Assembly (NCBI GenBank): GCA_052327205.1
Contig: JBMRGM010000038.1
Span: 40,362,001 to 40,426,000 of the forward strand
Source: Somniosus microcephalus
Lineage: Eukaryota
Direction: 5' to 3'
Length of the DNA stretch: 64,000 nucleotides
Part shown: piece after piece, positions 35,463 to 48,090 of the stretch
How the letters are laid out: the number at the start of each line of letters is the position of its first letter
Numbering within the stretch: position 1 is the stretch's first letter
Notes under the pieces: generated by a model
What the model saw: the letters and a program-made list of their open reading frames with translations, nothing else
What the model was told of the DNA's origin: nothing
The model's database searches: none
Position numbers and translations under genes: made by a program

Positions 35463-36176
35463 TAGAGTACTTTTTGAAGAGTAGTCACTGTTGTAATGTA
35501 GGAAAAAATAAGTTGGTTTGGAGAGGCAGAAGGGTTTATGGAGATAATTCCAGAGAGGGGGGACATAGGCGGGTGGAGGTGCGGCCGCCAAATGTGGGGT
35601 GGAGTGGTGGTTGCCGAATGGGGATGAAAAAGCAGAGGAGTAGGGCTAATTGGATAGCTCTTTCAAAGAGCCGGCACAAACGCGATGGGCCGAATAGCCT
35701 CCTTCGGTGCTCTATGATTCTAAAGTTGATGTGAGAAATGAGTGCTGTATTGCCTAGTACTGAAAGGGTTAATCCATTGCATTTGCACATTTCCCCCCAC
35801 CCCTTCGATACCTTCTCTCCATATTGAAGTAGGGAGGTTGACTGTGTGCCCGTCCAGCCAGTTCCTCTACGTGGACCTGGCTGTGTGCCAACCAGTAAGT
35901 CTCCGGATTGGGGATGATTCCGCTGTACGCTGATTAGATTTTAGCCGTGGGGTCCCTGCAGGATTTGAAGGCCTCGGGGTGGTTACTGGGCGAATCGACC
36001 TTTCTAGTTCAAGTTAGAAGAATTCCAAGGATTTCTGCAGCGCCTTTCACGACCGCTGGACGCCCCAAAGCGCTTTACGGCCACTGAAGTACTTTTTGAA
36101 GTCGCTGTTGTAATGTAGGAAACACGGCAGCCAATTCGTGCACAGCAAGCTCCCACAAACAGCAATGTGATCATGA

Positions 36177-36490
36177 CATACGAACATAAGAAATAGGAGC
36201 AGGAGTAGGCCATTCTGCCCCTCGCGCCTGCTCCGCCATTCAATAAGATCATGGCTAATCTGGTCTTGGCCTTAACTCCACTTTTCCTGTTCCCCATGAT
36301 CCTTTACTCCCCTGTAGTTCAAAAATCTGTCAATCTCCGCCTTGAATATACTCAACGACTGAGCCTCCACAGCTCTGGGGTAGAGAATTTCAAAGATTCA
36401 CCACCCTCTCAGAGAAGAAATTCCTCCTCATCTCCGTCTTAAATGGGTGACCCCTAGTTCTAGATTCGCCCACGAGGGGTGACATCCTTT
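36177..36490 (-). mobile_element. CR1 3' end nested in a minus-strand SINE (36030-36890)
   Basis: Tail cataagaaataggagcagg; SINE sequence on both sides. Confidence 0.75.
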
Positions 36491-36627
36491 TTTTTTAGTG
36501 ATGTTGGTTGAGGGATAAATATTGGCCCCAGGACACCCCTGCTCTTCCTCCAGTGGTGCCATGGGATCTTTTACATCCACTTGAGAGACCAGACAGGGCC
36601 TCGGTTTAACGCCTCATCTGAAAGATT

Positions 36628-36860
36628 GCCCCTCCGACAGTGCAGCACTCCCTCAGTACTGCCCCTCCGACAGTGTGGCACTCCCTCAGTACTGCCCCTC
36701 CGACAGTGCCGCGCTCCCTCAGCACTGCCCCTCCGACAGTGCAGCGCTCCCTCAGTACTGCCCCTCCGACAGTGCAGCGCTCCCTCAGTACAGCCCCTCC
36801 GACAATGCAGCACTCCCTCAGTACTGCCCCTCCGACAGTGCAGCGCTCCCTCAGTACTGC
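36628..36860. repeat. 33-bp tandem repeat (7 copies) derived from the SINE core
   Basis: GCCCCTCCGACAGTGCAGCRCTCCCTCAGTACT repeated head to tail with no spacers. Confidence 0.9.
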
Positions 36861-36904
36861 ACCGGGAGTGTCGGCCTGCTTTTTATGCTGTAGAGTATCA
36901 GCGT

Positions 36905-37500
36905 CAGAGTCATAGAGTTATACAGCACAGAAAGAGGCCCTTCGGCCCATCGCGTCTGCGCCGGCCATCAAGCCCCGTCTATTCTAATCCCATTTTACAG
37001 CACTTGGTCCGTAGCCTTGTATGCTATGGTGTTTCAAGTGCTCATCTAAATGATTCTTGAATGTTGTGAGGGTTCCTGCCTCTACCACCCTTTCAGGCAG
37101 TGAGTTCCAGATTCCAACCACCCTCTGGGTGGAAAAAGTTTTTCCTCAAATCCCCTCTAAACCTCCTGCCCCTTACCTTGAATCTATGCCCCCTGGTTAT
37201 TGACCCCTCTACTAAGGGGAAAAGTTCCTTTCTATCTACCCTATCTATGCCCCTCATAATTTTGCACACCTCAATCAGGTCCCCCCTCAGCCTTCTCTGC
37301 TCCAAGGAAAACAACCCCAGCCTGTCTAGTCTTTCTTCATAGCTGAAGCGCTCCAGCCCAGGTAACATCCTGGTAAATCTCCTCTGCATGCTCTCCAATG
37401 CAATCGCATCCTTCCTATAGTGTGGCGCCCAGAACTGCGCACAGTACTCCAGCTGTGGCCTAACTAGCGTTTTGTACAGCTCCATCATAACCTCCCTGCT
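36905..37500 (-). mobile_element. CR1 LINE 3' part (different subfamily)
   Basis: ORF 37093-37518: LYKTLVRPQLEYCAQFWAP...LEQRRLRGDLIEV. Confidence 0.85.
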
Positions 37501-37509
37501 CCCTGCTGG

Positions 37510-37790
37510 TGGCAGCACGGTGGCATAGTGGTTAGCACTGTTGCCTCACAGCGCCAGGGACCCGGGTTCAAATCCGGCCTCGGGTGACTGTGTGGAGTTT
37601 GCACATTCTCCCCGTGTTTGCGTGGGTTTCCTCTGGGTGCTCCGGTTTCCTCCCACAGTCCAAAGATGTGCGGGTTAGGTTGATTGGCCATGATAAAAAT
37701 TGGCCCTTAGTGTTAGGGGGGATTAAATACGTGGGGTTACGGGGATAGGGCTTGGGTGGGATGGCTGTCGGTGTAGGGACCGGGTGCTAG
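37510..37790 (+). mobile_element. V-SINE (HE1-like)
   Basis: tRNA head GGTGGCATAGTGGTTAGC...GGTTCAAATCC and V-domain GGGTTTCCTCTGGGTGCTCCGGTTTCCTCCCACAGTCCAAAGA. Confidence 0.8.
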
Positions 37791-38286
37791 GGTTTGGATG
37801 ATCAGCCATGATCTCGTTGAATGGCGGAGCAGGCTCGAAGGGCCGAATGGCCAACTCCTGCTCCTATCTTCTATGTTTCTATATTCTCTTGATTGACGTA
37901 AGAAAACTACTAGGCACTTGGTCGGAGTATTAAACAAGGCTTTAATCAACTGTTTTTCAACATGGCGATCTAGTTGTGTCCTTCACTTATTCCTGTTAAA
38001 GAATGTCCTGCACAAGCTGGGCCCATGCCCGAGTATTTATACTCTCCCTGGACAGTGCCACCAGCAGGCCGCCCAGTATTATAACATAAGTCATTTTCAC
38101 ACGAATGACAGGATTCATGTCAATGACCATTCCTACTGGCACCAGCGACTAGTTATAAAGTACCGCATGTAGACGTCTGGGGTCAGGTCTCGACCCTCGG
38201 TCAAGGGGACAAGGCGTGGCTCGGGGGGGAGAACTTGAATGCCACGCAACCTAAACCTGAATGAGTTCCTCTCTCTGCTTCCGCAG

Positions 38287-39551
38287 GACTGGTGCAGAAA
38301 CTGGACCACAAGCTGCCCGTGTCGAACGAGTACCTGCTGCTCTCCGGGGGCGTCCGCGAAGGGGTGGTCGACATGAACCCCAACGAGCTGGGGGACTACG
38401 CCAGGGGCACGGACTACGACGTCGACTTCACGCTGCTGGTGCCGGCGCTGAAGCTGCACGACCGCAACCAGCCGGTCACCCTGGACATGCGCCACTCTGC
38501 CCCCTGCCACTCGTGGCTCAGCCTGCGCCTCTTCGACGAGGGCACCATGGGCAAGTGGAAGGACTGCTGCACGGAGACCGAGCCCGGCGACGGAGGAGGG
38601 GAGGGAGGCAGCTACTACTTCTCGCCCACCAAGGTGGCGGACTGGTTCTTCCGCTCCGTCTCCGCCGTGATCGAGGAGATCCGCCGCCACCCCCAGCGGG
38701 GCGTGCCCGGGGTGGCGGCGGTGGCGAAAAACGGCACGGTGGTCTCGGTCATCCTGAGCGTGGGCCGCAGCCGCCTGCTGTACGACATCGTGCCCGTGGT
38801 GTCCTTCAAGGGCTGGCCGGCCGTGGCCCAGAACTGGCTGATGGAGAACCACTTCTGGGACGGCAAGATCACGGAGGAGGAGGTGATCAGCGGCTTCTAC
38901 CTGGTGCCGGCCTGCTCCTGCCTGGGCAACCGGGACAACGAGTGGCGGCTGGCGTTCTCGCGGAGCGAGGTGCAGCTGAAAAAATGTATCTCCGTCCCCC
39001 TGATCCAGGCCTACCAAGCGTACAAGGCCGTGATCATCAAACTGCTCTCCCGGCCCCGAGCCATCAGTCCCTACCATCTGAGGAGCTTGATGCTGTGGGC
39101 CTGCGACCGGCTGCCGTCCAGCTTCCTGTGCCGGGACGAGAACACTGCCCACTTCCTCCTGGGCCTGCTGGATGACCTGGCCCACTGCCTGGTCAACAAG
39201 ACCTGCCCCAACTACTTCCTGCCCCAGTGCAACATGTTCGAGCAGCTGTCGGACAGCGCCGCGCTCCTCCTGGCCTGCCGGCTGTCCTCGGTGCGCTCCG
39301 ACCCGGCCGGCCACCTGCGCAGCGCCGTCGAGCACGCCAAGGCCGCCAACCGGCTGGCCCAGGAGCTGCGGCGGGCCGCACTGGGCCCAGCCTCCTCCTC
39401 CCAGTCGGACGGGGCCCCAGCCGGCGACGACCGCCTGGCCCGCAAGCTCCAACAGCTGGTGACTGAGAACCAGGGCAAGTCGATCTCGGTCTTCCTCAAC
39501 CCGGATGACGTCAGCAAGCCTCACTTCAGAATCGATGACAAATTTTTCTGA
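38287..39551 (+). CDS. MB21D2: MB21D2-like nucleotidyltransferase, large last coding exon
   Basis: Acceptor ctctctgcttccgcag ends 38286 and phase matches the upstream exon (G+GA); VQKLDHKLPVSNEYLLLSGGVREGVVD...YARGTDYDVDFTLLVP...HFRIDDKFF* matches MB21D2 as recalled; joined CDS 1473 nt = 490 aa. Confidence 0.95.
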
Positions 39552-39614
39552 GGAACAACGGATGCGCCGTCCAACAGATGTGACCGTTCCTCCTCATCCC
39601 CTTCGCACCCCCCC

Positions 39615-40315
39615 CCAACTGCATTGTGGGATACTGGTGGCTGCGCTGTCCCACTGCATTGTGGGATACTGGCAGTCACATTGCCCCCACTGCATTGTGG
39701 GATACCGGCGGCTGCACTGTCCCACTGCATTGTGGGAGGATACTGGCGGCCGCGCTGTCCCACTGCATTGTGGGATACTGGTGGCCGCGCTGTCCCACTG
39801 CATTGTGGGATACTGGCGGCCGCGCTGTCCCACTGCATTGTGGGATACTGGCGTCCGCGCTGTCCCACTGCATTGTGGGATACTGGCGTCCGCGCTGTCC
39901 CACTGCATTGTGGGATACTGGCGTCCGCGCTGTCCCACTGCATTGTGGGATACTGGCGGCCGCGCTGTCCCACTGCATTGTGGGATACTGGCGGCCGCGC
40001 TGTCCCACTGCATTGTGGGATACTGGCGGTCCCACTGCATTGTGGGATACTGGCGGTCACACTGTCCCACTGCATTATGGGATACTGGCGGCCACACTGT
40101 CCCACTGCATTTTGGGATACTGGCGGGCACACTGTCCTACTGCATTGTGGGACACTGGCGGCCGCGCTGTCCCACTGCATTGCATTGTGGGATACTGGCG
40201 GCCACACTGTCCCACTGCATTGTGGGATACTGGCGGTCACACTGTGCCACTGCATTGTAGGACACTGGCGGCTGCGCTATCCCACTGCATTGTGGGATAC
40301 TGGCGGTCACACTGT
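39615..40315 (+). repeat. 35-bp minisatellite (~20 copies) at the start of the 3' UTR
   Basis: CCCACTGCATTGTGGGATACTGGCGGCCGCGCTGT repeated in tandem. Confidence 0.95.
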
Positions 40316-43300
40316 TGAATGGACGTTCCAACACTACAGCCTTTTTTTTAATTGATCAGGCCTATTAATTTAGGAGGAGGGAGGCAGAAATGGCATAACT
40401 TGCATTAGTTATTGAGATTAACCAGCAAGTTAATAGCTGTCTAATCTCTATGACTAGCCTTACCAAAAACCCAACCCAGCGTCGCTGAGTCAGAACCCTG
40501 AAGGCGCACATCGTGTTTGGAGCGTCCCGGAATCTGTACGTCCTGCGCTGTCACCAGGACCAGATCGCAGCGGCGGATGCGCAAAATTTTCATACAGGAG
40601 TCGTGCAAAACGTCAGCTGTCCGTTCTTCCGAACTCGGTGGGGCCTAGCTGCTGATGTGGCAGTGGGCACCTCCGTGTACCCACTAGTTGCAAGTCACAC
40701 CACGCTAAAATGTATCGTCCCCTTTGTTTCTATACCACGTGCAGACTAATCATAGTGACCGCACTGGACGCACCCCTTTACTTCGTAGATTATGTCCTTT
40801 GTCAGAGTAAACTCGGTCCCAAATTAAATGGGTAAATGAAAGGGGGCGTGTAGCTGGGGATCCATTGACATAATCACAACAGCTCACCGGGGTTGTCATA
40901 TTTAATAAGGGATCCTGAACTTGCCACAACTTAACGCTGCGTTTTGGGATCTAGTGTTAAGCGGATTTTTATCCTTTATTTCCAAAAGCGGTTTGTTTTC
41001 GACAGCGGCGCGAGCAGGTCGGAAAACGCAAGCGAGTCGGTTAAGTGGGTGGTGGCACCTGTACGTCCAGTTTTTCTGGCAGTTCTATTGGTAACCGTTC
41101 GATCGGTCTCTCTCTCGCTCTCCAAACTGATCTTGTAAACGTTTATTGGGTGGGGAGGGAAACCCTGGAGTTTAATTTTGCTTTTTGGGGTCCGATTTGT
41201 AACAGTAACGAGTGAAAATGTTGACCAGTGGATTGGGGGTGGGGGCCAGCACAACCCCGGGGGAGATGGGGGTGGGCTGGGCGTTGTGTTGGGCAATAGC
41301 GTCGGGGAAATCTTGTCTCTGTTTTTCAGGCTGTTGGCTAGGGCGGGGACGGTGTGTGGATGGAGAGGAGCGGAGTCTTTCCGCTGTCTACTGTACAGTT
41401 ACTAGGGGTCAGGCAGCAGGAGCTCCTGCTCTCGAGGGAGTCTGGAAGGGAATGTGGGGGGCGGGGGAAGCGAGGCGTGCTCGCTCGCTCTCTGTGCCCG
41501 GCTGCAGAGTGCGTGTGGCGGGGGTGGGTGGTCTCGGCCCTGTTGCTAATGGCGCTTGGAGGTGGGGATTTGAGGATGGGTGGGGTAAGAGGGTGTCTTA
41601 GCCATGCTGCAGGTAAAAGTGCTGCCTGTGCGTCGCAACCCTGTTAGCAAGTGTGCATTGCGAGAAGTGGGTGTCTGAAACTGGGACATCCCTGTTCTGC
41701 CGGTTGAAGCTATTTATTATACCTATATATAAAGTATCCAAAGGTGAACTGTGGTCAGGATCTAAATGTTTATTGTGCACCGCATTGTTAGATGGTTGTA
41801 TGTTGAAACAATGAGGTGGGGCGTTTCTGTGGCCGCACCTGTGGGGCCTGTTTAAGCAACCTATGGTTCGAGGAGTGGCTGCAACCCGCAATGCCTGGAC
41901 GGTTGAGTCCCGGGGTTTAGCCTTTTACTAAACTCGCCCTCAGCTGGAATAAGGAGGCTCTTTTGGGGGTTCTCTGCCCTCCTTGCTGGGCTGTGTGGTG
42001 CCGACAAGGGGGTTGGGGTGTCTTATCCCCGGGAGGGGGGAAAACTGGCCGCTGTCTTGCGCTTGAGTCGTGTCTCTTGCGAGCCACTCGCAGAAACGGC
42101 ACTGACGCGGCAAGTGATTTTGAAACAGCCCACCACCCCCCGCCCTTTGCTTCTGGGAACGGTGGTGGAAGGCCACAGCAGAAGCACATGGGAAAGGGAG
42201 GGAGTTGTTAAACTTGACCATCCGTAAATTCAACTCTTGACTGCGTCGCTGACGGACTTGGTCGCTGCATGCTCGGCCCTTGGCGGTTTTCGCGGTGCCA
42301 ATCCGTCGCGGCGCTGAGGGCCGGAGGAGAGATGAGCCACCGATACGCTGCCTGGTGGCCAGTACCAGCAGTGGCGGATCAGTCTGCGGTGCATCTGACA
42401 GATAGACAGTGCCTGGCAATCAAACTTGGCGTGTTGGTGGCACTGCCATCCTGATGCATTAAACTCCTCCTGGCAGCCCGGTGGCAGGACTGCGACATGT
42501 ACTGAATACCAAGCTTGTCTTCTAGCTCCATGTTCTCTCCCGTTTTACTCCCCCGGGTGGTGCTATTCCAGGTGTGTAACTCGAGTGGGAGCGGGGCAGT
42601 GTTGGAGTAAGCCAGCTGATGTAATTCTGACTGTCCCTCTTGTAAATCCATTTTAATCTCTCTCTTCTGCCTTGCCAATATTGCGACAGGAAGGGTGCAG
42701 GCTTTATACTAAACCTATTACCCCATCAGAGAGAGATGCGAAAAAAGGGCAAGGATTCTTTGATCATTTCAGATGTGTTCGCTTCCAGATAAGTCTCAAG
42801 CGCGTGGCATTGTTGCTTTTACCCGAGAGGGTGACAAGATATCGACATCGGGGCAGTCACTGTTCAGCGGCGAGAGTAATGGGTGAAAATTTGCCCTGAA
42901 GTATCCTTTGGTGTTGAATTCCCAACCTCACCTGGGCTATTGGCTAAAGGAAATCTCACCCAGTGAGCCTATCTGTGTTGCTATCACATACTCCCCCCTC
43001 CTCTGTCTTTTTGGGGGTAATCCAGAGCCGGGTTGGGGGGCGGGCTTCTCTGATGGTTTGGTTGGTGTCGTACTACATACACTCCAGGAAGGTCTTGAGT
43101 CCCATCCCTGGACACGCTCGAACATGCACGTGCTCGTTGGGTGGGTCTGGATTGGGTTTGGCGGTGATGCACCCTGCAGTGGAATAGCCTGCCATCATTC
43201 ACTCCCTAGATTTGTGCGTGAAGGACGGCCTCGCGGGCAAGGTACCAGAGGGTGTCCAGCTGCCCGTGGAATTGCTGCCCGCTGCTAGTTGGCGCAGTAG

Positions 43301-44151
43301 TTACAAACTCCACCGATGATTGCTTGCCTTGTAAGCGCAGCCGTATTGGTTTACTAATACTCGACCCTCCCCAGGCATCCCACCTTTTATCCTTGCGCCA
43401 GACTGTTCATTGGCACGGCGTTCGCTGTTGATGCGACACACACACGACCTTGTGTGCCATCCCCTCCCATTGCCCTCGGGCGGCTGGTCTCCATGGCTGC
43501 CTGCGCTGAGATTGGGCTGGGGGTGGTGTCTCCCGGCCGCGGGCCCCACGCTGGAGGTGCCGGGCTGGCCCAAGGAATGCAGAGTTTTCAGCGCCAGTCG
43601 CACCTTGTGCTGCAAAGTGCGTGACAATCGTCTGCTCGAGTTGGAGCAGCACGCCGATTTTTTTTTTTTAATTTTATTTTCCCCCTGCCGCGCTGACCCT
43701 GTTGCGGTTTTAGATGTGCCCAAAGCCTCGGCAAACTCTGGCGTTAGAGGCTGTTGCTAGTTAATGGAGTAATGGTCCGAACATCGTCAAAGTGTAGATT
43801 TAGGAGGCGGCAATGTCACTGGAATCTTAGTATAGCAGGAAGGAGATAAAATTCCTCAAAATGATGATCAGATCTGTAGGAATTCTGATATTCTGGAGCG
43901 ATTATTTAAAAAAAAAAAGCCAATATCCAACAGTACTGGTAGTCATGACTTGTTGGATAACCCTAATGTGCACTGGAGCCAAGGCTGTTGATTTGGCATT
44001 GGGCGGGTGAAGTTGGGGGAAACCTCACTCCCCAAAAGCCAGGTTCAGGTAGGGCTGAGTGACGCACAGCTCTGGTCCAGCCCAGCTACATTACAGCCTT
44101 CCCAAATGTATTTTTAATCTTCTCTCTTTCCGCTTTCTCCCCCCGCCCCCA

Positions 44152-44620
44152 GTGTCTGCTGTGGCTCAGTGGGCCGCACTCTCTCTCGCCTCTGAGTCAG
44201 TAGGTTGTGGGTTCGAGTCCCACTCCAGAGACTTGAGCACAAAAGTCTAGGCTGACACTCCCAGTGCCAGTGCTGAGAGAGCGCTGCACTGTCGGAGGTG
44301 CCGTCTTTCGGATGAGACGTTAAACCGAGGCCCCGTCTGTGCTCTCAGTCGGACGTAAAAGATCCCACGGCCACTATTTCGAAGAAGAGCAGGGGAGTTC
44401 TCCCCGGTGTCCTGGGGCCAATATTTATCCCTCAACCAACATAACAAAAACAAAAGATCTAGTCATTAGCACATTGCTGTTTGTGGGAGCTTGCTGTGCG
44501 CAAATTGGCTGCCGCGTTTCCCACATTACAACAGTGACAAAAAGTACTTCATTGGCTGTAAAGCGCTTTGAGAAATCCGGTGGTCGTGAAAGGCGCTATA
44601 GAAATGCAAGTCTTTCTCTT
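44152..44620 (+). mobile_element. Full-length tRNA-derived Deu-domain-type SINE (SacSINE1-like)
   Basis: A box TGGCTCAGTGG, B box GGTTCGAGTCC, core GCTGCACTGTCGGAGGTGCCGTCTTTCGGATGAGACGTTAAACCGAGG, L2-like tail GGCGCTATAGAAATGCAAGTCTTTC. Confidence 0.8.
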
Positions 44621-46964
44621 CTTGTACGTTCTCTCCTTTTCCCTTTTTTTCTCTTCTCCCTTTTCCCTTTCACCTTTTTTAAATTCCCTTTCTCGCTCTC
44701 CTTTCTCGTTCTCTTTCCCCCCCCCCCCCCCCCAAATCAATCCTGGACAATGCCGATTTTTATTTCTGCCTCCTGACTTTGTCCAGATTATTGTGTGATT
44801 ATTCTTGACGTGCTGTCGGCTGAAAAAACAATTGCAGGGTATCTTACCGTAAGAAATGACTAGCCTTAACTATAGCACACTAAATGCTTGTGTGATTTTT
44901 TTTAAATAAGCAGGAGGGAGGGTGGCTAGTGCAGGACTTGAAAGTCCTGTGTGGTTTGCTTTTTAAAACAGCTTCTGTAAAATGGCTGTACTACTTGAAT
45001 TGGTGCTGTTCTGCCATGCCTTCTCGGTGCTTTCTCTGAGCGGCTTTGTGCAAGGTGACTCGTTGAGCCAGGGCCGATGGCCTGTTTCCCCCCCCCCCCC
45101 CCTCTCAGGCTAGCTGCCGCTTATTCAGCCGTGCAGTCCTAGCGCTGAGTGTGCGGGACATTCCGCCGCCCGTTTCAGCCCCTGCACCGCGAAGAAGCCT
45201 GGTGCGCCAACACGTTTTGGATCTTGGGACTTCCGCGTCTGACTTCAGCCACGGTGGGCGAAGTATTTTTGGTATAGATTCTGCCCCCACAGCTTGGGCG
45301 GTGTCCAGGGAAAGCATTTTGAGTTGCGTAATGCTGGTGGGGGGGGTGAGAGCACTGGGTGAGTGCGGGGGCTATCGTTGGCATTTGAGGGGATGGATTC
45401 AGAACGGCGCACACAGCATTAAAAGTAATTTGGCCAAAGTGCAATTTTTCCTTCACAACTTTGCACATGGACAGATAATGCAACGCTATTTCAAAGCGCC
45501 AACTAATGTAATTTATACTGTTTGATTGTCAGAAATTCTAACTCTTGCTTGTACTTGTACACATCAGGGATGTTGCCTATTGCGTGCAAAGCTATACAAT
45601 CCAACGCCGACACTAATTCTGCTGGGGCCACACAGGCCCCGGTGATTTGCACACGTGCGTCTGCTTATAGGGGTTGGTGTTTAGAGGGCGGTGTTTGTTC
45701 CCTTCTCGCACTTTGCCAGCTGAAGATTCATTCCGTTTCAGTCAGTCGGTGTCGCTGGGGAGCAATCCCCTGTTACTTCTGCTATCTTGTGGTGCGGTGC
45801 TTGGAAGATGCTGACCTCATTAGTGAGTAAAATGCAGGGAGAAACACCCCCAGCCCCCCCACTCTGCTCTCCCGCAGGTGAGGGCTAGAGTTGGGAGTAC
45901 AGTTTAATGAGCCCCTCGCTCTTTTTATAGGTTGCTCATCCAGCCCCTTTTTAGGCGGAGTGAATTCTGTCAGATATCTTTAGTTCCCGCCATGGATTGC
46001 TGGATGGGAATCGAGAGCTTCGAGAAGCCTGCTTGGCCTCTCGCCCCCCCCCCACCTTAAGCCCAGGGCCTTTCCTGACCTGAATGGCAATAGCCCATTA
46101 ACCTCACTCAACTCTGGCCTCCAACCCCAGGTGACTCTTTCCTAATTGTGCTTTATTATTTACTGGTTGGACCTCTTGAAAGTTTGGGAGAAGCATTTTA
46201 GCGCTGCTGCCTTAGTCGTGAATAAATCCCAAATTGGGAATGCCAAGCTCTGTTGGGTGCCCACGACTTGGGACGTCTGCCAATCGATTGGGGTGGGTGG
46301 GGGGTGGGTTTAAACTTTACACGTGGCCAATGAGACTCCATGGTGCGCACGTAAGGCATGGACCTCCCTGGCCTAGTGCCACACTGAGATCCCCAAACTC
46401 GTCACCAACTGAGCGTCGAACCCAGGGCTCAACGATCCGCGTTCGTTCACTGCCCGCACTAAGCGGCGTCTTTACTCGCCCAGCCACGGGGCGAGGGGAT
46501 ATTGTTTGAGCGGTTAACGTTCCACATTTACGCGACATCTCCTTCGCGACTGACACTTGGATTTTCAGCGTTGATCATCTCGCTGACGCTGGCCGCTGGA
46601 TGTTGGGTGACAACATGGCTTCAGCCTTGTTGAGAATACAGCCCCATGCAAAAAAAAATCTGTTTTTGTAGAGAAAAATAAATTGAGAAATTGATTATTT
46701 TTGGGGGGGGTGGGGGGAAGTGCCCATAACCTAATAGACTGGTCTCTGAAGGGCTGTGTTAGTGCAATTTTTCCGTGTGGGAACAATGAGACCAAGATAT
46801 ATGTGTGGACTTTCTTATACTTGATCATTACTGGCTAGTTCAAGGAAGTCTATCCCACCAATAAGTAAAGGACCATGTACTCAGGTAAGGGGGAAGGAGT
46901 AGACTGGAAATTATATCCCCCCAAAAAATGTCTCCTGATGAATTGAATGTCTATGATTTAAATC

Positions 46965-47077
46965 AATAAATATCGGTGTACATTTCAAGCTTTTTGTATA
47001 TTTTTGATCATGTACCAAAGTCTCCTTCGCTGCTGTTAAGGCTTAAAATGTGTGTTGTCTGTTTCATGGAAAATAAA
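46965..47077 (+). terminator. Probable polyadenylation signals of the MB21D2-like gene
   Basis: AATAAA at 46965-46970 and 47072-47077 with TGTA motifs and T/GT-rich downstream sequence; dense repeats resume immediately after. Confidence 0.55.
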
Positions 47078-47142
47078 CATGCTGTAAATACTCAAATCAT
47101 CACCTTTTCCGCATGGTTTTCTTTTGCATGTGTGTGCATGTC

Positions 47143-48090
47143 TCATAAGAACGTAAGAAATAGGAGCAGGAGTCGGCCATTCGGCCCCTCGAGCCTGCTC
47201 CACCATTCAATAAGATCATGGCTGATCTGATCTTGGCCTCAACTCCACTTCCCTGCCCGCTCCCCATAACCCTTGACTCCCCTGTAGTTCAAAAATCTGT
47301 CTATCTCCGCCTCGAATATATTCACTGACTCAGCTCTCTGGGGAAGAGAATTCCAAGATTCACGACCCTCTGAGAGAAGAAATTCCTCCTCATCTCCGTC
47401 TTAAATGGGCGACCCCTTATTCTGAAACTATGCCCCCTAGTTCTAGATTCCCCCACGAGGGGAAACATCCACTCAGCATTACCCGGTCGAGCTCCCTCAG
47501 AATCTTTTATATGTTTCAATAAGATCACCTCTCATTCTTCTAAACTCCAATGAGTATAGGCTCAACATTTCCTCATAAAATAACCCCTTCAACTCCGGAA
47601 TCAACCCAGTGAACCTTCTCTGAACCGCCTCCAATGCAATTATAGCCTTCCTTAAATAAGGAGACCAAAACTGTACGCAGTACTCCAGGTGTGGTCTCAC
47701 CAATGCCCTGTACAGTTGTAGCAAGACTTCCTTACTTTTATACTCCATCCCCCTTGCAATAAAGGTCAATATTCCATTTGCCTTCCTAATTACTTGCTGT
47801 ACCTGCATGCTAACTTTTTGAGTTTCATGTACAAGGACACCCAAATCCCTCTGTACCGCAGCATTCTGTAGTCTCTCCTGCCCGATCCCCATATCCCTTG
47901 ATTCCCTTAGTGCCCAACAATCTATCGATCTCTGTCTTGAATATACTCAACGCCTGAGCCTCCTCAGCCCTCTGGGTTAGGAGAATTCCAAAGATTCACC
48001 CCCCTCTGAGTGAAGACATTTCTCCTCATCTCAGTCCTAAATGGCCGATCCCTTATCCTGAGACTATTGCCCCCTAGTTCTAGATTCGCT
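47143..48090 (-). mobile_element. CR1 LINE fragments
   Basis: ORFs 47322-47528 and 47497-47892 are CR1 ORF2 C-terminal pieces. Confidence 0.85.

Noticed and set aside
36628-36860. CRISPR-like 33-bp repeats
   Set aside because: Head-to-tail tandem copies without spacers, derived from a SINE
37510-37585. tRNA-like sequences here and at other A/B-box sites (e.g. 44155-44225)
   Set aside because: They are SINE heads continuing into SINE bodies, with no complete cloverleaf
37890-38175. Possible minus-strand solo LTR just before the last exon
   Set aside because: It has an ATTAAA and TATA-like layout, but I could not find convincing termini or a TSD
38133-39524. 463-aa antisense ORF and alternative-frame ORFs over the MB21D2-like exon
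   Set aside because: Expected shadow of very GC-rich codon usage; no recognisable protein
39615-40315. CRISPR-like array of palindromic repeats
   Set aside because: The linkers are variants of one sequence rather than unique spacers; eukaryotic context and no cas genes
39505-40355. Cys/His/Trp-rich ORFs on both strands
   Set aside because: By-products of the 35-bp minisatellite downstream of the real stop codon; the period is not a multiple of 3
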